In this document: piece after piece, positions 8,914-18,470 of the stretch | How the letters are laid out: every line of letters begins with the position of its first letter | How positions within the stretch are numbered: position 1 is the first letter of the stretch | Assembly (NCBI GenBank): GCA_044376115.1 | Contig: JBILLK010000044.1 | Location: 1 to 47,938 of the forward strand | Length of the DNA: 47,938 nucleotides | Direction of reading: 5' to 3' | Source of the DNA: Polyangiaceae bacterium | GTDB taxonomy: Bacteria > Myxococcota_A > Polyangia > Polyangiales > Polyangiaceae | Translations under genes and position numbers: made by a program | The notes under the pieces: generated by a model | Told to the model about the DNA's origin: nothing | The model's input: only the letters and a program-made list of their open reading frames with translations | The model's database searches: none

Positions 8914-10290
8914 ATGAAGAAGAGAGTCGCGGTCATTGGGGCCGGGCTATGCGGCTCGCTGCTCAGCACGCTGCTGCGCAACGAGTTTGACGTGACCGTG
9001 ATCGAGCAGGGCAAGCGCAAGCGCCCGCTGTTTGACGACGTCGAGTGCAACAGCGGTGAGCTCAATACGTCGATCAATCGCGCCGAGGGCCTCGGCGGTA
9101 CCACCAACTACTGGCACAACGCGCTGATCGAGCTCGACGACAAGGACCTGCGCAAGGCCGGGATCGAGCCGCGCGGCTTCGAGAAGTACTACGCCAAAGG
9201 CTGGACCTTTTTCCTCTCCGAAGACGAGGTCGCTGAGTGCAATCGCGCTCGTGACGCCAATGCCAAGAGCGTCGAGAACAATAAATGCACCGTCGGTCAC
9301 ATGGTGCTGCCGCAGTCGCGCGCCAACGTCTGGAAGCTGGCCAACGCCAAGTACCCGGGCGCCGAAATCAAGGTCGTTTACGGCCACGCTGAGAAGGTCG
9401 TCAAAGGTGAGAACGGCGGTCGCGGCCACGTGCTGGTGAACTCGGAGAACGGCACCCAACGCATCGAAGCGGACTACTTCTTGTTCTGTGGTGGCGGGCT
9501 CGGGACGCCAGTGCTGCTGGCCAAATCCTTCGGCAAAGACAGCTCGTTCGTCTCCGGCTATCACGATCACCCGATGGCCTATGTGGCCAAAGTGAAGCTC
9601 CGTGAAGGCAGCCGGCTCAAGGCGATTTCGTGCACGACGACCAAGTCCACCGAGGTGCGCGCCGGCTTGGTGTACGAGTCGGAAGATCTAAAGACGGTGG
9701 TCTACCTGCGCCCCGCCATCGATATGCGGCTTAGCTCGATCACCGGCGCCGCCCGCTACATCCTCTCGGATCTGCGCAATGATCCTTTCTCGATCAAGAA
9801 GATCATGCTCTTGCTCGGCAACCTCGAGGCCGTGCGCGAAGCCATCCTGTTCAAGACCAAGCTCGGCTTTCGCGGGGAGTACTTCTCGGTGCTCATCCTC
9901 GGTGAGCAAACGCCCATCCCCAGCCGCGGCGTTCAGCTGCGTCCGGGCCGCAAGCCGACGCTCAACTGGCACGTGACCAAGGAAGAACTCGCCTCCTACG
10001 AGAACAGCGTGAACCAGTTCTTCGACGAGTTTGGCGCCGACATTCTCGAGAAGAAGGTGCTGCCGACGAACGAGTGGAACTTCCGCAACGCGGCTCATCA
10101 CTCCGGCACGGCGAACGAGTACGTGGACATGCCCGGGGACACCAGCCTCGAGTTCTTTGCGGTCAAAGACCTGCCCAATGCCTTCGTTCTCGACGGCTCG
10201 ATTTTGCGGGCCGCCGGTATCGCCAACAGCGGGCTGACGCTGGTGGCGCTCGGTTATCGGCTGGCCGAGCTGCTCAAAGCGCAACGTTAG
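8914..10290 (+). CDS. FAD-dependent GMC-type oxidoreductase
   Basis: GAGGAG RBS then ATG at 8914. VAVIGAGLCG dinucleotide fold, GLGGTTNYW, HDHP, HHSGT and ANSGLT. Confidence 0.8.
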   Translation: MKKRVAVIGAGLCGSLLSTLLRNEFDVTVIEQGKRKRPLFDDVECNSGELNTSINRAEGLGGTTNYWHNALIELDDKDLRKAGIEPRGFEKYYAKGWTFFLSEDEVAECNRARDANAKSVENNKCTVGHMVLPQSRANVWKLANAKYPGAEIKVVYGHAEKVVKGENGGRGHVLVNSENGTQRIEADYFLFCGGGLGTPVLLAKSFGKDSSFVSGYHDHPMAYVAKVKLREGSRLKAISCTTTKSTEVRAGLVYESEDLKTVVYLRPAIDMRLSSITGAARYILSDLRNDPFSIKKIMLLLGNLEAVREAILFKTKLGFRGEYFSVLILGEQTPIPSRGVQLRPGRKPTLNWHVTKEELASYENSVNQFFDEFGADILEKKVLPTNEWNFRNAAHHSGTANEYVDMPGDTSLEFFAVKDLPNAFVLDGSILRAAGIANSGLTLVALGYRLAELLKAQR

Positions 10291-10379
10291 TCGGCGCTCG
10301 AGCTCGCGGGGGAGCTCTCTTCCTCGCGAGCGTCCGACCCGCGTTGCAAGTCGGGCGCGGGTGGCTGTAGGTTGCGCCG

Positions 10380-12473
10380 ATGCGTTCCTTCCTCCGTTCG
10401 CTCGCGCTCTCTTCGCTGCTCGCCGCCTGCGCCGCCAGCACGCCCGCTGTGCCTACCACCCCAGGGGCGGATGACGTCCAGGCCGCTGTTCCGGCCCCCC
10501 AAGCAGGTGCGCCGGACACCTCGCCGGTGGCCGCGCCCGCCAACTTGGTGTTGGTGTTGCGCGCCAACAACCCGCGCAAGGCATGGGAGACGATCAATCG
10601 CTGGCAGCCGCTGCCGGTGGATGCGGAGAAGGAGCTGGCCAAGAAAACCGACGGCGTCAGCAACTTCATCGAGTGGTCGGAGAGCTTTGATCTCGCGCTG
10701 ACGGTGGAGCCCTCATCGCTGAGCAGCGGCAAGCCTGAGTTCCGTTTTGCGGCCAGTATCCCGCTGAAAGGCAACACCACCGAGCTGCTCGATTTGGTGG
10801 AGAAGAAGGGCGATACCGTGGAGTCGCTCGGCGGCGGGCGGTATCGCATCTCTAGCGGCAGCAAGCTCTCCTGTGAGCTGTGGGCGCTGCCGGATCGAGC
10901 GCCGCGCGTGATTTGCTCCGACGAGAGCAGCTCGCTGCGAGAGATCGCTCCTTGGCTCGCACGCACGTTGCCGACGCAGGAAAAGCCGGCCGAGGATCTG
11001 CTGCTGACGTTGGACATCAACCCAGCGCGCGAGTCGCTGCTGAAGACGGCCAAGCCGATGGTGGAAGAAGCGTTGGGCGAGCTCACCGAGGAGCTCGCGC
11101 GCGACGGCATGAGCAGCCCGGTGATCGAGTCCGGTCTCAGCAGCTTTGCGCGCAACTCGCTCGCTCTTTTGGCCGACTTGTCGAACTTCAAGCTCGGGCT
11201 CGCCTTGGGCAAGGGCGCGACGCTGTCCGGGGAGCTCAGCTTTCGCAGCCGTAGTTCGTGGTTCACCCAGCTCTACACCGACGACTTGAAGGACGCGCCG
11301 GCGCCGGAGCTTTTCTTCCGACTGCCCAAGGACGCTGATATCGGTTTCTTCGGGCGCGTCGCGGACCCGGCGAAGTTCGAAGGGTTTCGAGAGTTCGCTG
11401 CGGAGGCGATGCGGCTCGGTTTCGTGGCGGCGGAGAAGGACGCTATGCCGCTGAGCCCTCAAGACAAGGAGGCCTTCAGCGGGCTGCTTTCGGCGTGGCC
11501 CTCTAGCTCCGGCATGTGGGTCTTTGCCCATGGCCCAACACCCGAGCGCGCCGGCGCCCCCGTCAAAGGCAAACGCCGCACGCCCGCTGAGCGGATCAAA
11601 GAAGCGCAGGCGCGGTTCAGCAATGCGCTCGGGTATACGCTGGCCGCTGGGGATGGCAGCGCTGCCGAGTTCGTAAAGTTCTTGCGCGCGTCGATCACGG
11701 CGGAGCAACGCTTCGTCGCTCTGCTCAAGGCAGAGGCCGATCAGAAGCTCAAGAACGCCGATGCTTCGATGCGCAGCTTTTACAAGGCGCAGCGCGAGGA
11801 GCTCAACACCAAGGAGCCGAAGCTCAAGCTGACGCAGGATCCAACCGGTTATCCGAAGGGCTCGGCGTTGCTCGAGGTCACTTTCACCTTCGACAGTTCC
11901 GACGTTCCCACGATGGATGACAGCGAGGATTTCAGCGTTAGCGACGAGCGCCGTCCCGCAGCAAAACCGCTGCCCAAGGCCCAAGGCTCGCTGACCATCT
12001 TCGTGGCCGTGGTTCCGGATGAAGGCGGCAAGGTTGCCTACGGTTTTTCGGCTGACGCCGCCACGCTCAAACGCAAGCTGCTCGGCTTGCGCGCCGGCGC
12101 ATCCACGCTCGATTCACTCGCCGCCCGCTCCGACCTCGGCGGCCTCAAGGCTCCGATGTCCTCGGGCGGCTTCCTGACCGCGGGTGGGCCGCTGCGCAGA
12201 CTCGCCGGCCTTGATGCCGAAGACCGTGATTCGCGCGACCTGCTGGAGTTCCTCAAGATCGCACCGGCCGTCGCTTCGACGCCGATTGTGTTCTCGGTCA
12301 CCGGGCGTTCGGGCGAGACCCCAACGCTGAAATCCAGCATCAGTGTGGACGGCAGCGTGTTCAGCGCGCTCGCGCAGATCCTCCTCGCCGAACAACGCAG
12401 CAGTTCAAGCAAGCCGCCGGTGGCGATGGCCGCGCCTGTCGTTGAGGCCGCACAGCCCGCTCCTCGTCGTTGA
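10380..12473 (+). CDS. Hypothetical lipoprotein
   Basis: 697-aa ORF with lipobox SSLLAAC. No recognised catalytic motif. Confidence 0.8.
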   Translation: MRSFLRSLALSSLLAACAASTPAVPTTPGADDVQAAVPAPQAGAPDTSPVAAPANLVLVLRANNPRKAWETINRWQPLPVDAEKELAKKTDGVSNFIEWSESFDLALTVEPSSLSSGKPEFRFAASIPLKGNTTELLDLVEKKGDTVESLGGGRYRISSGSKLSCELWALPDRAPRVICSDESSSLREIAPWLARTLPTQEKPAEDLLLTLDINPARESLLKTAKPMVEEALGELTEELARDGMSSPVIESGLSSFARNSLALLADLSNFKLGLALGKGATLSGELSFRSRSSWFTQLYTDDLKDAPAPELFFRLPKDADIGFFGRVADPAKFEGFREFAAEAMRLGFVAAEKDAMPLSPQDKEAFSGLLSAWPSSSGMWVFAHGPTPERAGAPVKGKRRTPAERIKEAQARFSNALGYTLAAGDGSAAEFVKFLRASITAEQRFVALLKAEADQKLKNADASMRSFYKAQREELNTKEPKLKLTQDPTGYPKGSALLEVTFTFDSSDVPTMDDSEDFSVSDERRPAAKPLPKAQGSLTIFVAVVPDEGGKVAYGFSADAATLKRKLLGLRAGASTLDSLAARSDLGGLKAPMSSGGFLTAGGPLRRLAGLDAEDRDSRDLLEFLKIAPAVASTPIVFSVTGRSGETPTLKSSISVDGSVFSALAQILLAEQRSSSSKPPVAMAAPVVEAAQPAPRR

Positions 12474-12486
12474 GCCCGGGCTCAGC

Positions 12487-13191
12487 TTACGTTCGGTCCT
12501 TCTCGCGCTGCATGAGCTCACCGCTGGTGAGGGCATGCAGCTGCCAGTTCCGATCTGGAAGGATCACGAACTGGCCATCCGGGTCAGGAGCGTTGGTTCT
12601 TACCCACAACATGGGCCAGGCGTACGCCAGGATGGCGGAGTGCACGATGCGGCCGCGGCCGCGATAGAGCTGGGTGACCGCTTCTTTGGCGAGGTCGTAG
12701 GCGGTGTCGAAGTCGTAGCCGTGAAAGTTAGGCCGCTTCTTCTCTCCCATCTCGCCGCGATAGGCCGCGCTCGCGCCGGTCTCACGTAGATCGGGGCACT
12801 CGAGTTCTGCCGGAGGCACCGCGGGCACGAGCTCTTCGATCGCGCTCTCCACGCCGAACAGGGAGGGGTGATTGGTGAGGTCGCTCGCCACGAACACGTC
12901 GCGAAAGTCGTGCGTCTTGTCGGTCACGTGCTCCAGCACGCTCATCCCCTGCTTGCTTCCGACCAGCCAGCAGCTGAAGCCGCCAGGGCTTACCGGCGGT
13001 GCCTGCAGGGGAAGGCGGCGCAAATCGTCGGCCTCGAGCAACTTGCTTTCGCGCCAGGTTTCGCGGCGGACCAACCGAGCAATCACCACGATGGCCGCCA
13101 GTTGCTTCAGCTCCATCACCTTGTCGTCGGCTGGGATCAGCCCGGCGGCGATCGCGTCTTGAAGGGTTGGAAGGCGTTGCAAAAGGCTCAT
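12487..13191 (-). CDS. Hypothetical protein
   Basis: 234-aa ATG ORF filling the gap, with coding-like composition. Confidence 0.65.
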   Translation of the reverse strand: MSLLQRLPTLQDAIAAGLIPADDKVMELKQLAAIVVIARLVRRETWRESKLLEADDLRRLPLQAPPVSPGGFSCWLVGSKQGMSVLEHVTDKTHDFRDVFVASDLTNHPSLFGVESAIEELVPAVPPAELECPDLRETGASAAYRGEMGEKKRPNFHGYDFDTAYDLAKEAVTQLYRGRGRIVHSAILAYAWPMLWVRTNAPDPDGQFVILPDRNWQLHALTSGELMQREKDRT

Positions 13192-13299
13192 ACGGCCCGA
13201 GGCTAGAGGGCCGATGGGTCCTGCGCCAGCCGCTTGCTCAATCGCGATGGTGCGCTGATTCGATTACGAACTTGCGGCCTTCGGTATTAGCGTCGCGCC

Positions 13300-13725
13300 A
13301 TGACGGTCGATTTCGACGCTCTGGCGCGTGACGCGGAAGCAGAAGGCAACCCCGAGAAGCACTTGCATGCGCTGGCCCGGGCGATCTTTTCGCTCTCCCA
13401 TTGGCACTTCATCGCGCGCGGTGAAGCTTCCCGACCGAACCCGTTCATCGCCTCCCACGCGGGCACCGCCGGCGGCATTCCGATGGTGCGGGCCTTCACC
13501 GATACCACCCGGCTCGGTCGCTTCGCCGAGGAGCACGGCCTGGTGGAAGAGCGCGGGATTCGCGTAATGTCGGTGCCGCTGTCAGAGGGTGACGTGGTCG
13601 CCTGGCTCGAGCACTACATCCCGCTTGGCGCCGAGGGCCTGTGGTTCAACTCCGACGCCGAAAGTCACGGCTTCTTCTTCCCTCTGCGCGCGCTGCGAGG
13701 AATTCGCGACGCAGCCCTCGCATAG
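13300..13725 (+). CDS. Hypothetical protein (SseB-like N-terminal fold possible)
   Basis: 141-aa ORF. 'WHFIARG...PMVRAFTD' resembles SseB-type proteins. Confidence 0.6.
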   Translation: MTVDFDALARDAEAEGNPEKHLHALARAIFSLSHWHFIARGEASRPNPFIASHAGTAGGIPMVRAFTDTTRLGRFAEEHGLVEERGIRVMSVPLSEGDVVAWLEHYIPLGAEGLWFNSDAESHGFFFPLRALRGIRDAALA

Positions 13726-13747
13726 GGCTAGGTCGTTTCGACAAACG

Positions 13748-13777
13748 CAAACGGCCCGCCGAAAGGCGGGCCGTTTG
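13748..13777. terminator. Probable bidirectional intrinsic terminator
   Basis: Perfect 13-bp stem CAAACGGCCCGCC-GAAA-GGCGGGCCGTTTG between convergent genes. Confidence 0.85.
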
Positions 13778-13799
13778 TGCCGAGTTAGTTCGCTTCAGC

Positions 13800-15824
13800 T
13801 CACTGCGGCGGTACCGAGCCGCACTTGCCGCCGATGCAGGCGAGCGACGGGTCACAGCAATCCGCTGCGGTCTCGCAGGCCTCGAACTCGTCGGAGCAGG
13901 AGCCGTCGGGCTCACCGCACTCGAACACGCCGGGGTTCGTCTCGGAGGGGTTGCAGAAGCCGCCGCAACACTCGTCCCCCGTCTCACAGGTTTGGCCGGT
14001 CGCCTTGCACGGATCGAGCGCCCAGAAGCCGCGGCTGTTGCCCGAACCCAGCTCCTGGCCCGCGATATAGAAGGCCGGGTGGCTTGCGTCGGTGTCGCCA
14101 GCGTCGGCGTCGAAGGCCGCGACCCACAGACGCTTGGTTTCTTCGCGGCTCCCGGTGAGCACGTTGCCGTAGGTGCGGCGTGAGGTGAACACCACCCAGA
14201 AGTAACCACCCGCGGCGATCGGCAGGATGGTGGGCTCGAAGTTGAGGTTCTCATCACGAACGCCGCCAGGCATGTAGCCGTCTCCGTTCAGCGTGCTGAG
14301 CGGGACGAGCACGCCAGTCTCGACGTTGATAGCGCTGAGCTTGGCCGTGTTGCTTTGCCAGGTTGCCAAGTCCTCACCGACGCCCGCTTGGAACACCACC
14401 CACTTGTTGTCCGGCGTGAAGGCCGGCCAGGCGTAATGCTGCCCTGCGGGCGGCGTGGCAAGGATGCGGTAGTTGGTGAACTTGCGGGTGACAGCGTCGT
14501 AGTCGTAAAGAGCCAGCGTGCTGAGGGCGGTGTTACCGGCGTTGCGATCGGTGAAGGCCAACATGGTGCCGTCATGCGAGAACACCGGGGTCTGCGCGTA
14601 CTTGCCCTCGATGCCAGAATCAGGGATCAGCTCGCCCGTTTTGGTGCGCAGCTCGCTCGTGAAAAAGCCGCTGGTGCCCGGCGTGTTGGGCGGCCAGCTT
14701 CCGCCCGGAGCGCCTTGCACCACGAGCACCTCACCATTCTTCGGGTAGAGCGCAGCGAAGGCCGCGGTCTCTGCCGTGGTCCAAACGAGCGGCGGATTGA
14801 CCACGTCCCCGGATAGATCGAAGGTACCGCCGGGGCCGGCGTGATTGGCCGCGGCTGCGGTGGAGCCGTCGGAGGCAATGCTGTGGCACACGGTGCAGTT
14901 ACCGACGAGCACTTCGGGGACCGTGGACTCGGCCTTGGTGCGCATCAGCGCCCCGGTGCCGGCAAGCGGAGAACCGTAGGTGTTGTAGTAGATGGTGCCG
15001 TTGAGTTTGGCGGGCGCGATGCGCCAGGTTTGCAAGACCGGACCAAGCTTCTGTCCGTTGGAGAGCTTGGCAATTTCGACCGTCATGTCGGTGCCGTCAC
15101 TGCAGGTACCGAGCGCGTTCCATTGGGCCTGGCCCATGGTGATTTGCGCGCTGGGCGGGAGAAAGCCGGTGTAAGAGCAGCCCTCGTTGGCGACCTTGAG
15201 CATGTAGGCGGAAGCCCCGCCCCCGTTGAGGTGCACCTGGGGAGCAGGGATCGCTCGGGGAAAGACCGTACCGGTGTAAGGGTAGGGCACCGTCATCGAA
15301 GGATCGGCCGCGCCGCCCGGCTGCGAAAGGATGTCTTGCTGATCCTGAGGTAGGGCCGCAGTGTTCTCCACGATCGCGAGGTTTAGCCTCAGCACCGTCG
15401 AGGCCACCTCGTCTTCGATCGTCGCGGACACCGTGATGTTACCGCCGGCCGCGCCGTTCGCAGTGAACAGGCCATTGCCGTCGATGGTGCCAGCTTCCGG
15501 CGTATTGAGGAACCAGGTCGGATTGACGGGTAGGCCGTTGCGCGTCGCGGTGAACTGCACCGTTTGTCCGGGCGTTCCAAACACGACGTCGAGTGAGGGG
15601 CCGAGCGGCGTGATCGTGAGCGCGTTGGTTTGGTTACCACCACCGCTGCCAACGAAGGACCCGGTGGAACCGCCGCTGCCTCCGGCGTTATTGGCGCCGT
15701 TGCTCGTGCCTGCGCCGCTCGCGCCAGCACCCGTAGGATCTTCGCCGGCGATGCAACCCGAGAGACCGGGGAGCGATACCAGCGAAAGGGAAAGAAGACC
15801 AACCAAGCTAGTGGATCGCATCAT
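13800..15824 (-). CDS. TolB/WD40-like beta-propeller lipoprotein with Cys-rich C-terminus
   Basis: Lipobox LSGC, Gly/Ser linker, Ig-like region, PD40-like repeats (PVFSHDG, PAFTPDNKWVVF, WVVFTSRR), CTVCH motif and C-terminal CC-containing repeats. Confidence 0.8.
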   Translation of the reverse strand: MMRSTSLVGLLSLSLVSLPGLSGCIAGEDPTGAGASGAGTSNGANNAGGSGGSTGSFVGSGGGNQTNALTITPLGPSLDVVFGTPGQTVQFTATRNGLPVNPTWFLNTPEAGTIDGNGLFTANGAAGGNITVSATIEDEVASTVLRLNLAIVENTAALPQDQQDILSQPGGAADPSMTVPYPYTGTVFPRAIPAPQVHLNGGGASAYMLKVANEGCSYTGFLPPSAQITMGQAQWNALGTCSDGTDMTVEIAKLSNGQKLGPVLQTWRIAPAKLNGTIYYNTYGSPLAGTGALMRTKAESTVPEVLVGNCTVCHSIASDGSTAAAANHAGPGGTFDLSGDVVNPPLVWTTAETAAFAALYPKNGEVLVVQGAPGGSWPPNTPGTSGFFTSELRTKTGELIPDSGIEGKYAQTPVFSHDGTMLAFTDRNAGNTALSTLALYDYDAVTRKFTNYRILATPPAGQHYAWPAFTPDNKWVVFQAGVGEDLATWQSNTAKLSAINVETGVLVPLSTLNGDGYMPGGVRDENLNFEPTILPIAAGGYFWVVFTSRRTYGNVLTGSREETKRLWVAAFDADAGDTDASHPAFYIAGQELGSGNSRGFWALDPCKATGQTCETGDECCGGFCNPSETNPGVFECGEPDGSCSDEFEACETAADCCDPSLACIGGKCGSVPPQ

Positions 15825-15828
15825 GCGC

Positions 15829-16722
15829 CTAGCGTACGGGCGCCGCGTCGCGGATACCAACGGATTGTGGCGCAGCGACTCTTGTAAAGTCGACGGCTCG
15901 AGGTCGGGGGTGCTCCACCAGCGGACAGCGGCCCTCTGCGACGGGGTCTCGTCTCGCGCGGTAGGCGCGGTAGGCGCCCCCGAGCATGGCCGCATACAGC
16001 GCGATGAAGGCGACGAAGCCGAAGACGGATGACCGTCGTCGGGCGCCGAAAGGGCTGCTGTCCCTCCGCGAGCCGAGCATCGTGGCAGCGACCACGGCCC
16101 CGAGCAGGCCCCCACCGACCACATCGAGCAGATAGTGCTGCTTCACGAACAGCGTCGAGATCGCGATCAGCGCGGCAACCGTCGCTCCCAGCCACCCTAG
16201 CGGTCGAGAGACCCGCGCGAGGACGATCGCCGTGAGTGTGGTGGTCGTTACATGCAGCGAAGGAAAGCAGTTGAGCGGCGGATCGATCCGGTAGTTGAGC
16301 GCCAGCGCCCAACCGCTGAGTGTGTCCGTCGGGACGTGCACCGGGCGAAGTTCGGCACCGCTTACCGGCATGAGGAAGAACGCCGCGAACGCGACTGATT
16401 GCGCGACCAGATGCGCGACGCCAACGCGACGTAGCAGGCTGCGGTCTCGCAGGACCACCGCCGGAATGATCGTGATCGGGTAGATGGCGGCGTACACGAA
16501 CATCCAGCTCGGCGAGGGTGGAATGACCCGATCGACCTCCGTCATGAGCGTGATCGTGGGGCGCCCCGACAAGAGCGAAGGGATTGCGTGATAGACGCTA
16601 TGCCAGGTCGCGATGGCCATCACCCAGGCGACGCGCTCGGAGACGGTCGCACGCTCGGCGGTCCCACACGCGGAGGTTGAGGCATAGTTCGGCGACGCGA
16701 GAGGCTCTCGAATGGACTGCAC
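15829..16722 (-). CDS. PAP2 family membrane phosphatase/phosphotransferase (start uncertain)
   Basis: Multiple TM helices with motifs NCFPSLHV and KQHYLLDVVGG. Confidence 0.85.
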   Translation of the reverse strand: MQSIREPLASPNYASTSACGTAERATVSERVAWVMAIATWHSVYHAIPSLLSGRPTITLMTEVDRVIPPSPSWMFVYAAIYPITIIPAVVLRDRSLLRRVGVAHLVAQSVAFAAFFLMPVSGAELRPVHVPTDTLSGWALALNYRIDPPLNCFPSLHVTTTTLTAIVLARVSRPLGWLGATVAALIAISTLFVKQHYLLDVVGGGLLGAVVAATMLGSRRDSSPFGARRRSSVFGFVAFIALYAAMLGGAYRAYRARRDPVAEGRCPLVEHPRPRAVDFTRVAAPQSVGIRDAAPVR

Positions 16723-16917
16723 GTGGCACGTAGTGCAACTGCCTCGCCATCGTGTCTCCGCCCGCTTCGTGCTGAAACGGCGTCGTCGTAGCGACGGGCC
16801 CGTGCAGGCGCTTGCTCACGTGTGCATCGCGTTGCACAAGCAGGTGCTGGCGCCCGAGCGGATCGGCTGCAAGGCCGAGCGGTCGCGCGCGGGCATGAGG
16901 CGTGCTCACGCCCGGCC

Positions 16918-18372
16918 ATGATGATGAGAACGCTCGTGGACTATTCGGGGCTGCATCGCTCGAGGGTGGAGTGCGCGACCCCGCGCAATGAGGAGGAGCT
17001 CGCGAGCCTCCTCTCCTTGGCGCGCGGGAAAGGCCGGCGCGTGACGGTGCGTGGAGGCGGCGAGTGTCTGCATGGGCAATCCATCGGCGACGACCTCGTC
17101 GTTGATCTGCAGTGCCTCGATCGTGTGGTGATCGACCTTGACCGCAGGCGTCTGACGGCAAAAGGCGGGGCGACCTGGGGCTCTGTCGTTCGCGCGCTGC
17201 CGAACGGCTGGGTCCTCCCCAACCTCGTGACGACGCCCTACGCCTCGGTGGGGGGCACGCTCGCAGGGGATGCGGTCTCGCGCTTCTCTAGCGCCTTTGG
17301 ACGTGAGGCCGCGAGCGTGTCCACGCTCAGGGTGATGCTCGCCGATGGCACGATCCACAGGATCTCTCGACTCGGCCAAGGGGGGGAATTGTTCGAAGCG
17401 TTTGTCGGGAGCCTGGGCGCGCTCGGGATCATTCTCTCGGTCGAGCACGAGCTTTGCGACCTTCGGCCCATCGCGCGCGCGGCGACCGATGGCGTGCTCC
17501 GTGTACAGACGATCGCGCACCGGTGTCCGAACCTCACCGTGCTGGTCGAGCACCTCGCACGCTCGCTCGTTGAGCCTATCGACATCGAGGCGCCAGTGGG
17601 GACATGCGCCCTGCTGATTCCAGGTGGTCGCGGGCTCGTGTTTCGTTCGAGCTACAGCTCCGCGCCGGTCGCGCGCCGCATGCCCAACACCCGGCAGGCT
17701 GGACCGATTCGGCGATGGTGCGAGCACGCGCTCGCCAATGCGAGCATCAATCGCGCGGTGTGGGGCGCGATCTACGAACATTTCTACGCGGACGGCGACA
17801 TCTTCATCGACCCCCTGGAGGACTTCCTCTTTTTCATGAGCGCGCGGCCGCGCGGCCGGAGCATCACGCAGCAGGTGCTCGAGCTGCCGTTCGACCCGAA
17901 CGACGCGGACTCACTTCGTAACGCCGCCGCCGCCCTCCGCGCGCTGGAAGCGCACCTCGACGACGCGAGGATGAGTCCCCTCAGCTGCGATCTCGTCCCC
18001 GTTCGTGATTCGAACCAGCTCCGCGTCGCGATGGCCTTTCCAGTCGACGCGCGCAGCAACACGGCGGCGCTCCGGTCGGGCCTGCGGCGGGTCGCTGACG
18101 TCGTGGCCAGCTTCGGGGGAGCGGTGCACCTCTCGAAAGGGGTCTTCGCGTCGTCCCGGACGCTTGGCCGCGGTCACGCGGCGAGGCTCAAGCGGCTCTT
18201 CGAATGGAAACGTCGGACCGATCCAACCGACTTGCTCCGAAGTCCCTTCTTCGACCACGTCCTCCGTCCCGCGGCGGACTCCATCCCGTTGGAATTGCTC
18301 GACCGGCCCCTACTCGCCGGTGCCGGGAACACTGAAATGCGCCTCGGCGGTGCCACCGCGCGAATCGCGTAG
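16918..18372 (+). CDS. FAD-binding (PCMH/FAD_binding_4) oxidoreductase
   Basis: PRNEEEL, VTVRGGGECLHGQS, ASVGGTLAGD, FVGSLGALGII and a C-terminal GGAVHLSK. Confidence 0.8.
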   Translation: MMMRTLVDYSGLHRSRVECATPRNEEELASLLSLARGKGRRVTVRGGGECLHGQSIGDDLVVDLQCLDRVVIDLDRRRLTAKGGATWGSVVRALPNGWVLPNLVTTPYASVGGTLAGDAVSRFSSAFGREAASVSTLRVMLADGTIHRISRLGQGGELFEAFVGSLGALGIILSVEHELCDLRPIARAATDGVLRVQTIAHRCPNLTVLVEHLARSLVEPIDIEAPVGTCALLIPGGRGLVFRSSYSSAPVARRMPNTRQAGPIRRWCEHALANASINRAVWGAIYEHFYADGDIFIDPLEDFLFFMSARPRGRSITQQVLELPFDPNDADSLRNAAAALRALEAHLDDARMSPLSCDLVPVRDSNQLRVAMAFPVDARSNTAALRSGLRRVADVVASFGGAVHLSKGVFASSRTLGRGHAARLKRLFEWKRRTDPTDLLRSPFFDHVLRPAADSIPLELLDRPLLAGAGNTEMRLGGATARIA

Positions 18373-18470
18373 CACCACCCAAATGGTGGCTTCACCAGCG
18401 ATATCGGACGGCGTCCAACTGAGCTCGGCGCTGGCGGCATCGAGCTCGATCGCGTCCGAACTCAGCTCGC

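Noticed and set aside
16918..18372. Calling the FAD oxidase dprE1
   Set aside because: It lacks the HGKNH motif, and no DprE2/UbiA neighbours are present.
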